64,000 nucleotides of DNA from Epithemia pelagica (Eukaryota > Protista > Bacillariophyta): positions 3,348,001 to 3,412,000 of the forward strand of contig OX337228.1 of the NCBI GenBank assembly GCA_946965045.2. The letters run 5' to 3'. A program made the translations under genes and the position numbers. The notes below the pieces were generated by a model. It saw only the letters and a list, made by a program, of their open reading frames with translations. It ran no database searches and was not told the DNA's origin. This document shows, one piece after another, positions 24,535-33,596 of this stretch (position 1 is its first letter; each line of letters starts with the position of its first letter).

Positions 24535-25680
24535 CTACGTGATCTTTCTGGGGTCCGATTTCACTAACGCAATTCTCTTTTTTTGAGGCGACCAACGACG
24601 AATATAAGCCTTCACTAGCGATCTCGCCCGAACTGGAAGACTCGATTCACGTCGTTCTTTTTTAGGGCCGGCCTCATGCGGAGGTTGCTTGGTGGGAGCG
24701 GTTGTTGGTGTCGGCGACAGGCTTCCTGTTGCACACGAATACTTGCTTGGGGAACGTCCAGTCGAGGTTACCATTGAAACGCGATCCCATCCAAGACTGG
24801 AAATGTCATCACCAACCGAGCTTCCATTTGATCTGGGAATGTTCCGAGATCCAGGATGCGCCAAGCCAGATACTCTTGCATCGATTTCCAGTGGAACTTC
24901 GGATCGGGAGGGCATCGATGCCTGTTCATTAAGCTCGATTACCGCACGAGGAGAAGACGAATGTCCTTTATCTTTCTTTTTCTGGAGACCAACCTTCTGC
25001 TCCCTCTGTCGTGCTGAGACCTTTTGTAGTAGGTCAGTGATACGCCTGTCCAGCATGTGGTGATGCAAAGCATAATCGAGTGGCGTACAACCATTCGCAT
25101 CAGCCATGTCCACTGCTTGAGGGTATGCGTCAAGAAGAAGAATGATAGTATCAAACTTATTCTCTGACTCCGCTCTCCCAGGCATGAACGTATGGCAACA
25201 AGCCCAGTGGAGTGGAAGGCGATCCATGTCGTCTCGTGTTAATGCAGGGACAACCAGCGAGACACCAGAGAGAAGTCTCCGAATTATTTGAAAGGAACAG
25301 TTGAAAGCAGCAGCGATGTGAAGAGGAGTTCGTCCTTTCGAATCAAGGGCCTCTTCTGGGACATGGCTAAAATCTGCCGTGCATAGGAGGATGCTTTCCA
25401 CCAACGAGAGGGGCGGTCGATATGGAAGGACAAAATGTAGTGGACCTTGCTCGTACATATCCTTGTAAAGCCATCTTACTTTGCTCTGGCTGTATGACGG
25501 CCCAGACTCAAGACGAAACTGAATTTGGTTGAAGGCATTCGCTTGCACCAGAGCACGGAAACTTTCGTCGGGGATGCCTCGGAAAAAACGGTGCAAAAAG
25601 CGAATGATTCCGCGCCTGCGTGGCACAGGCAAGCAACAAACGGTTGACATATCGATAGCTGAAGCTGGTACGCTCCGCAA
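24535..25680 (-). CDS. Ankyrin-repeat protein
   Basis: DSKGRTPLHIAA, DDMDRLPLHWAC and DANGCTPLDYAL. Confidence 0.75.
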   Translation of the reverse strand: MRSVPASAIDMSTVCCLPVPRRRGIIRFLHRFFRGIPDESFRALVQANAFNQIQFRLESGPSYSQSKVRWLYKDMYEQGPLHFVLPYRPPLSLVESILLCTADFSHVPEEALDSKGRTPLHIAAAFNCSFQIIRRLLSGVSLVVPALTRDDMDRLPLHWACCHTFMPGRAESENKFDTIILLLDAYPQAVDMADANGCTPLDYALHHHMLDRRITDLLQKVSARQREQKVGLQKKKDKGHSSSPRAVIELNEQASMPSRSEVPLEIDARVSGLAHPGSRNIPRSNGSSVGDDISSLGWDRVSMVTSTGRSPSKYSCATGSLSPTPTTAPTKQPPHEAGPKKERRESSLPVRARSLVKAYIRRWSPQKKRIALVKSDPRKIT

Positions 25681-26145
25681 TGAAGCGGATGCAAAGCATC
25701 AACTTGATCAGGTTGCGCGAATTCTTTGAGGGCAGCCCGTTGTTGACAGAAGATTGGACCCTACGATCGCAGGTGCTGTGTGGTTGTCGGTTCCTCTAAA
25801 ATGCCTTGTCGAGAAAAACTGAGAGGGAGACAAGGAACGATGGGTTCGTGCATACGCTTCTTTTGGGTGTTTTTCATCCTACTTTTTTACCCCATTACAC
25901 TCCATCAGAACTTACTTCTTACTACTGAACACTGAGCGTACTAAGTCTTTCCATACGAGTATATATGATAGGATAGTGCATACTTCATAGGGAGTAAGAT
26001 TTTCGATTTTATTTACCAAGAAATTCCGTTAAAAATCCTGGGCTTGGAATTTTTTTCAACCGTACTGAGAGCAGACAGGCTACCTGCGTGGAAAAACGTA
26101 AGAGGTTAACACATCACAACTCAACGATCAATCGAAACGACGACA

Positions 26146-26544
26146 ATGAGACCAGCAATATGGACAATGAACTTTACAAGCAACGTGAAAAGATCATTAC
26201 CCCTAACCCCTAGAATTAGAGCATTGTCTTCAAGCCACAGCGGAGGGCACAGCGGAGGATCAAAATGGTCAATCGGAACGGAATGGAGAAAAATGCAGCT
26301 CGATCGGATTGAGGGCAGATTCACCAAACGTGATACCCAAGTAATCTACCCTGCTCCTCCAAAAATAACTGATGAGGAGAACCTCCAGCCGCACTGGAAG
26401 AATATGGAATCACGAGTGACTAATCGAAAACCGTCATCCCATGAAGGAAAAGCATCAGGACGCAAGAATTTGAAGAAAACAGACGAGGAAATGTGGTTAC
26501 AGGAGGGACTGTATGATCATCCCATCGATGATTCTAAATCATGA
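26146..26544 (+). CDS. Small uncharacterised protein, possibly with a mitochondrial-type presequence
   Basis: 132-aa ATG ORF with an R/S-rich N-terminus; fills the gap between neighbouring genes. Confidence 0.55.
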   Translation: MRPAIWTMNFTSNVKRSLPLTPRIRALSSSHSGGHSGGSKWSIGTEWRKMQLDRIEGRFTKRDTQVIYPAPPKITDEENLQPHWKNMESRVTNRKPSSHEGKASGRKNLKKTDEEMWLQEGLYDHPIDDSKS

Positions 26545-26595
26545 ATGTAGACAATCAAGCAGACATGAGTGATCGGCGTGGCAGATTATGTACTT

Positions 26596-27168
26596 CTAGA
26601 CTAGTCCTTCCGCGTCTGCCCTTTGACTGCATGTCTTAGTTGTCGGGCGATCTTGTCGTCTGTGACGTGCTGCCTTCCTCAAGCTGTGTTCGAGTCGTCG
26701 AAGACTTCGTCGAGCACTTTCATACCCTGGATCATCCCATGGAGTTCCGATTCTACCATAGATCTTGTCTCCCCTGGAATAACAAGACCAAGCATTCTCT
26801 AAGTCACCTTTCACCTCGCGAACCATGCCGATATTGCACAAGCTGTTCGCTACTTCCTCGTGGTCGTCGCCATACAATTTTTGGTAGATCTGCAGGCTAC
26901 CCTTAAAGCTGACCACCGCTGATTTTATGTGCGCTGTTGAAAACTGAACAAACCCAAGTAGATCCAACGCCTGTGCAACGAAAGCATGAGTCTCGCCAAA
27001 CGCGTCTCTCGCGGATCGCCACGCTTCACTTAAAACGCTCATGGCAGCATCCCATTTCTTCAACTGAACCTCGACACGTCCAATGTTAAACAAACAGTTG
27101 GCGTAGAGCGCCATGTTCTTAAGGAGACCATTATGCTCACACAAATTCTCCAGAGCATGTTTGTAGTA
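26596..27168 (-). pseudogene. 3' half of a TPR (kinesin-light-chain-like) gene interrupted by the YR element
   Basis: TPR helices (ANCLFNIGRV, VAQALDLLGFV, VANSLCNIGMV). The frame YYKHALENLCEHNG continues the 5' half once 27169-31307 and one TAGTA are removed. Confidence 0.85.
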
Positions 27169-27348
27169 TTAAGAACTCCCTATGTCTAGTCCCTTTTGAG
27201 GAGGGTCGCCCGGCGCGGAGGGTAGAATGACGAGGAGGGAACACGTCGAGGAGGGCGCATGCCCGTCGAGAAGTGTTCCCGACGAGGAATTCTCCCGACA
27301 AGTAGGGCGCCCGACGAGAAGGGACGGCCAGGCATAGGGAGTTCATAA
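27169..27348. repeat. Left-end module: 21-bp imperfect IR enclosing an array of GAG(G/A)AGG / CCCGACGAG repeats
   Basis: 27169-27189 vs the reverse complement of 27328-27348 is 18/21. CCCG(A/T)C(G/A)AG units start at 27262, 27278, 27294 and 27310 (16-nt period). Confidence 0.8.
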
Positions 27349-27609
27349 ACTTACTCCCTATCAGACTATGAAAGTAGTGAGTCTCACCCGGGTCCATTTA
27401 ACAAACTAGACATTACCAGAAATGTCGCTGAGACAGCCTACGACAGGGGCACTAGTAGCAAGATTTCAAACCATCCGTTGTGACTATTACTTAGGCCCCC
27501 CGATCTCGTCGACGTTCCTTCCCTCTCGTTCTCGAAAATCAGGAAGGAAGGAAGACCATGAGATTGTGCTTTCGACGGCTCCATCCTACCTAAACCAGTG
27601 TTTTGAACC

Positions 27610-27990
27610 ATGAATGTTATAGACTTAGTAACTAGTAGTGAGGAGAATGACTCATCCAGCTCGTCGGATTCCTCCACCTCGATGATGTTCCTCTTCGAGG
27701 ATGACAACATGTGGAACTGGAACCACGAGTACGTTCCGAGGGTCCTCGAGTGCACTGGAGAGTCTGAGGAGCACAGTCTCTCCAGTGACCCTTGGATCCT
27801 CGAAAAGGGCTATCGATGGTAAGTTTTTTGTTTGATTGTTGCATTGTTGAGGCTGTTTGATGGCCGGGAAGATGATTTTTGGCCATGGTGGTCTTCCTTT
27901 TCCGTCGATTTCTTCCTGGTCGCACTTAGCGTTTCCAGGCTCAACGGATTTGAATCCTTCTCTCACTTGTCACTTTTCCTCGGATTATGA
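27610..27990 (+). CDS. Small acidic 86-aa ORF inside the YR element; exons 27610-27818 and 27939-27990
   Basis: ATG start, GTAAGT...CCAG intron at 27819-27938, and a stop overlapping the next ATG (ATGA at 27987-27990). Confidence 0.45.
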
Positions 27991-30873
27991 AATTGAAAAG
28001 CACCACTGTGAGGAAGACCATGATGAAGACTCGACAGACGACCCGCCGAGCCGCAGCGGCGGCAACCACTACCACATCGGAGAAGGAGAACATCACACCT
28101 CCGCCGACGACGACGATTGCGGGCAACAAACGGCCCTCGTGTGCAACGGAAGGTGTGGATGACCCTTCCACCTCCATTCCTCTCTCGATCAGCATTGCTC
28201 GACCAGAACAAGGGTAAGTCTGTTGATTGTTGCTTGGTGGCTTCTTGATTGTTGCATCGATTTCGTTCTTTGCTAACTCGTTGATTGTTTTGTTGTTCAC
28301 AGGGGACGCCGCCCTCCGTTGGAGCCACGACCTGGTGTTCATCCCAACCTTCCCGAAGCTGCCGCGGCTTCCACCAACACAACCGGAACCCAACAACCCA
28401 ACTCGTTGGCCACCAGGTATGTTGATTGTCGCGTTCATCATTGTTGGTTTGCTCGTTGTTTGTTGCGTGTCATGTTGCATTCGTTCTGCTCTAACCGGTT
28501 GATTGTTTTGTGTCAGGAACGAAGAGCCTACCACCGTTGTTGTGGATTCTCTTCCTGACATGGTGAGCTCTCCCATGCGTCAGGTCATGGAGCTCCGACT
28601 GTCCTCCCACCTGATTCCTCCATCGTTGGACGTCATCGCCGCTGCTTTTTCGTCGCGGACCGATCTGGTCGTCGACGAGGCGACCAACAAGATCATGATG
28701 GTGCACCAGACCTCCAATACCGTGCCCAGTCTCCACGACCGCCCGAACGACCTTGCCGCTCTTTCGCGCTATGCCTTGTTGTCCAAGGATGCGCTCGGCC
28801 CGAACACTGGGACTCTTCGCAACTCGTCGCTGAACACCAAGAGCTACGAACGGGAAAAGAAGCAGAACTTCAAACGCTTCCTTCAGACTCTTCAGCAACA
28901 CCACGAACTGGACATCCTGGTCCACCTCTTGCCCGATCCGACGAACCCCAAGAAGTTTACTCTTCGTTTCTTCCTCTTGCTCCGAGGAACGAAGATTCCC
29001 GAGAAGGAAAATACCCTGAACCTGGCAATGTCGCTTTTTGTGAGTACTTTGAAAACGAAAAAAGGCAAGGTGTACCAACCTGCTGTGATCAAGAAGTTTG
29101 TTGATCAATGCTTTGCCGTCTTTCGAAGCAACGGTATTGAGTACTCTGTACCTGATTTGCGTTCGACGAAAGGATCTTTTTTGGCACAGTGCGCGGACAT
29201 CTTTCGGGTGGAAGCCGAAAAAGATCCAGACTATGGACGTCGTCCGAACAAGGCGATGGTTTGTATGAACGACGAAGAACTTTTCCGAACGCAAGCCGAT
29301 CCTCCGATTGACTGGATCAACATCCCCGAAGACTGTCTACGTTGTGTGGTCTACAAGGTTTCTCGCCTGACTGGAACGCGTGGTGGGGAGGTCAGTCGCT
29401 ACTTGTTGTCGTTGATTGTTATTGAAACGTCTCTCACTCATTCGTGTTTTATTTGTAGACCTACTTATTGAAAGCGGACGAAGTGATTCACATTCCGGCC
29501 CTGCCGGATTCCTACGGTGAAGAATTGGCTGGGTTGCCGGCATTCCAACTGAAGGAATGCGACCGAGAGAAGACGTCGGGTCTGACTTTGGCGAAGCCGA
29601 CTCTTCGTGATGACGAAGATCTCGTAGTAAATCTTATTGTAGACGATCCGAACGACGAGTGGAGTACCTACAAACTCCTGAAGCACTGGATTGATCGCGG
29701 ATTGCCGAGAGGATGGAGAGGCCCGCTCTTTCTCAATATTGCTTCGCAGAAAGAGCGCGAGTCTCGTCCTCGCGGGGACGACTGGTGGGCTGGTACAAAG
29801 ATGGTTCCGGACACAAGCAAGGCTGCCAAAGAAGAATACGAGAAAGCCCGAAAGTTAGGTCACAACGTCACTCCCCCCATGCGTCCGTCTGGTCAGTTGG
29901 GCAAGAACTGGGCCAATCAAAACGCGAAGATCTTGTTCCGGAGGTGCGGCCACGAACAGTGGCAGAAGGCCACTTCCCGCACTGGTCGTCGTACTGGTAT
30001 CTCAAACGTGGCAGAATCCGGAGTTCCTCAATTTTTGGTGAACAAGTTCGGACGGCACAAAACGGATCGTGCCAGCTTCAAGTACCAGGAGTTTACGTCG
30101 TCGACGTTCTCCAAGGCCGTCAAGGCCAACTGGTACAAAGGGTCTTCCACCTTGCCCACATCTCCAACTGGTAAGTACTTTTGTTTGATTGTTGCTTGTT
30201 GCGATTTGTGTCTAACTCGTTCTTCTTTGTTTCTTCAGTTGCCAAGAAACAGAATTCTGTCGATGCAACAGAATCTGCCGTTGCAACCCCCGCCACCAAC
30301 GCCATCGAGCCACACAAATCAACGCCGCCACCGAATTGTGATACATTGAATGCAACTGGTTTGGAGGCCGATTCGAAACCGACTGCTAAAGCGATTCCGC
30401 CTCTGCTGGAAAATTCACCGTTCTCTTCATCGGCTTTGCCATCTTCGTCTGTGTCTCCCAAACCGAAGGTACAGCCACAGGCTGTCAATGGCGCTCCTTC
30501 GTATGGTTTTGTTACGCAACAACCCGGTCAGGTGATTTTACAACAACCTCAGCCAATGATGATGCAGCCTCAGCAGCCGTACATGATGCAACAACAATTT
30601 TGCCAACCCCCCTTTCCGATGCAACAGCAACCCATGATGGCCCAATCCATTTTCCCTTATGGCATGAATGGTATGATGCCCATGAATACCATGCCCATGA
30701 ACACCATGCCCATGAACAGCACGCCCATGAATAACATGCCCATGAATGGCTTGGTTGCCCCTATGACCATGACGATGCAACCCAACATGGCTCATCAACA
30801 GCCTTTCCAGTTCATGGGCCAATCTCCCATGGATGCTTCTTCATCCAACCATGAAAAGAAGAAGAAGGATTGA
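27987..30873 (+). CDS. Tyrosine recombinase, predicted 853 aa; exons 27987-28213, 28303-28416, 28517-29390, 29459-30170, 30239-30873
   Basis: Four GT-AG introns are all phase-compatible and the exons sum to 2562 nt. Motifs: TGTRGGE|TYLLKADE (Arg at 29379), RTGRRTG (29978-29998), GRHK (His at 30056), FKYQE (Tyr at 30083). Q/M/P-rich tail. Confidence 0.82.
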
Positions 30874-31307
30874 TCAATGAAAGAAACCTGAGTAGTGGTT
30901 TGATTGGTGAGTCTCATCCTGTTTTTGTTTGTTTGTGTTACGTTTTCCTCAACTTTGTGCTTCTGTTCCACAGGCAGTCTTCCATTCGTCCACGGTAGTC
31001 ACTACTACTGTAAGTAGCTGCTACACACTCTTCTCTGATTGATTGTTGCATTTCCCATTCTCACACAATCTTTCTTCTTCTTCATTTTCCTTTGCCTCTG
31101 CTTTGGTCGTTCTGTTTCCTTTCTCGTTCCGTTGGTTTCGTCGTGTCGGTTTTTCATGGTGCCCTTTTCTTCCTTGGTTGGCTCGCCCCGCTCGTTTTCG
31201 CGCGATTCGCACGAATTTTTGGTAATTACTACTTCCCGCTCCTACAATAATATCGTACTCTAGTATAAAAATGTGAGACGAACTACTTTCATAGTCTGAT
31301 ATGGGGT

Positions 31308-32257
31308 TAGTAGTCTAATGACTCTTCATGAAGTCCCATTAAATTGGCGCAATTCCCGAGGTTGTTTAAGATATCCGCCACCATCAATCCTGGCGCGAGT
31401 TTTCTTTTCAAAGCCAACGCGTCAACAAAGGCTTGACGGGCTTCTACCAACCGTCCTTGTTTTAGGCACAACACTCCGTGGCTTGCTAGTGAGAGCGCCA
31501 CAGGGACTTCGTCACGTTGGATTTCGGATGAAGTCATGTCCTTTTCACCTATCGTAGTCGGCATCTTTTCATATGTCGTTTGGTTCATTCGACTTTTCCC
31601 CGCAGATGAGTCAATGAGGCATGATCTCCAGTGTTTCTTACTTGCAATATCTGAAAGTGACCGACGCAGTGATATCATTTCAGACCGAGAAACTTGCTGA
31701 GACGGCGTTCTCGATCGCGGTCTACTGTCGGGCTGACTACGTTCAGGTGGAGGAATCCGTTGTTGCTTCGAATCTGCCTTGAGTGCGGTAGGAAAATCTT
31801 GATAATCTTTAGGAAAATCGTAATGGTCAGAATCGTTGGCATCTTTCTCTTGACGTGTTTCGGACACGCTTAGGCCAAGCGCTGGTTTTCGATACGTTTC
31901 CATAGAAGGTGCTTGCGTTGAGATAGGACAGTTAGATGATGATTTGGCTGTACCTGTTGTTTCTACGACATGTGGTGGCTTCTGAGTCAGTTGCTGCTTT
32001 TCCAATCGAGGTTGTACGAAGACATTGTTATCATTTCCAATTCGCCTAGTTGATCTGTTGGTATCAGGACGTACAGAGTCTCCACCTCCGTTTTCCGGTG
32101 AGGCGAGATCTGTCCCAGGGTCACTATACTTCAGGTTCATAGGCGTTGTGCTTTCAAAAGACGGCGATTTCCTTCGTATCATTTCTCGAGTTTCGAAGGC
32201 GAGTCGTTGAGATTGAGATGATGCCACGATCATCGTAAGAGATACAACGCAACTCAA
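31308..32257 (-). pseudogene. 5' half of the same TPR gene; its stop codon is created by the insertion junction
   Basis: Ends ...VADILNNLGNCANLMGLHEESLDY*, with the TAA (31309-31307) formed at the junction. The true start is uncertain. Confidence 0.8.
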
Positions 32258-33129
32258 TGATCAGGCTGAAAATTGCAAACTTCGTGCATATCCCTGGGCC
32301 CAACCGCCAGTTCTTAGCCTCCTCATTGTGCACCTTTCAGAGAAATCCGTTGGAATTTTCGGGTGCGCCATCAAACAGTCCCCCAAAGCGCTGGCCAGCT
32401 TAGTCGTAATCGTATCCGTAGAGTATTGTAGATTGTAGAGTAGTTAGTGTAGGCGCTTTGAGTTTTGAGGGATATGGGACTGGAATTGGACCGGGGTGTA
32501 CAGTGAATTTGCAACGCGCACTCCAACTCCAACTCGAAAACTTAAAAAAAAAAAAAAGATCACATCACGGCGGTGCTTACTTCTTACGTCGTAAGTCGAG
32601 GCTAAGAGGAAGTAACAGTGCGCAAGCAAACTCACCATTTCGTAGGTCCAGAACGTCCAACACATTTGAGCTTGGAGAAGCTCCGATCTTGGATCTTGCT
32701 TGTCGTAGAGTCATGCACAAGCGGAAGGGGACCTTATTGAAGTCCAACCTTGGAGACGACGATCCCAGTATTCGACCTATATGGTATGAGTTACGATGTA
32801 ATTTCTCCTACTCCGGAACACAGCGCGAATCGAGGTAATGGTGAGTAATTGCGACCAAGAAAATGAGATCCGGAATCGATGCCACTTAAAGCACTTGAAG
32901 GCAACGCTTTTAAAGGGTTGAAAGATTCCTAGATTAGGGGTCACTACCCCGATGCTTTTGATATTACCGAGACTAGATAGAGCTTTCATCTCCCGGACAG
33001 TTACAAAGCAGAAAGCTTACTCATTTCTCTTTCTACATAAATAGGAAATAACGTCAAAACATGAAGAACGTCCTCGTCTGGCCTCTTAATACCACTTCGT
33101 TTTATGATATCTAAAAAATACCTTACATT

Positions 33130-33498
33130 TCATCCTTGGCGCTTCACCGACCTGCTTGCTCCTTCTCCCGCAGAACCTGCCGAATAAGCAGTATTATCTC
33201 TGTATCCAAGTCGATTTTTCAGCTCTACGCGCTGTATGCAAATGAAGAAAGATGGGTTAAATACATTATCACATCCCATGAAGCAGTACGCGGGCAAAAG
33301 AATGGAACAAACCTTCATGTTCAGAGAGCGTCTTAGCCTTGCAACAAGGCGATTGTCGCTCACCGACAGCCAACGTGTCAGAACTATTGTAACAACGATA
33401 ATGAGAGGCCACCAAGAGCCTGAAGAGTTTACTGAGCCGTCATCGTTTCTCATTTTCAAGTGTGGCGCCTCTTTCATCGAAACTCGCCGAACCCCCAA
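33130..33498 (-). CDS. Possible small single-pass membrane protein
   Basis: Hydrophobic stretch WWPLIIVVTIVL and a possible in-frame intron; no family recognised. Confidence 0.3.
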   Translation of the reverse strand: MGVRRVSMKEAPHLKMRNDDGSVNSSGSWWPLIIVVTIVLTRWLSVSDNRLVARLRRSLNMKVCSILLPAYCFMGCDNVFNPSFFICIQRVELKNRLGYRDNTAYSAGSAGEGASRSVKRQG

Positions 33499-33596
33499 AG
33501 GACCCCCACCCGCGCCCCCCCCAAATACCTAGAAATTATTAAAAAAATGCGCCGTTAGAGCGCACATCATGATTCATCAATGATAGTGGGATCGAG

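Larger units (their letters stand above)
27169..31307 (+). mobile_element. Tyrosine-recombinase DNA transposon (Crypton-like), 4139 bp, with a 5-bp flanking direct repeat TAGTA
   Basis: TAGTA at 27164-27168 and 31308-31312; removal restores the TPR reading frame. Internal 27-bp IRs at 27361-27387 and 31273-31299 (25/27). Contains a spliced YR gene. Confidence 0.85.

Noticed and set aside
27359-31301. TA-flanked 27-bp TIRs read as a Tc1/mariner element
   Set aside because: No DDE transposase inside, and the TPR frame is restored only by removing 27169-31307 with TAGTA. The TA may simply be part of the IR. A nested origin is not excluded.
31300-31304. TATGG near the right end as a CryptonS-type terminus
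   Set aside because: No matching TATGG at the left end, it is not at the junction, and my recollection of that motif is unverified.
32546-32558. Poly-A run as a retroposon tail, and ORF 32458-32838
   Set aside because: No TSD or retro-element body, and the ORF has no recognisable features.
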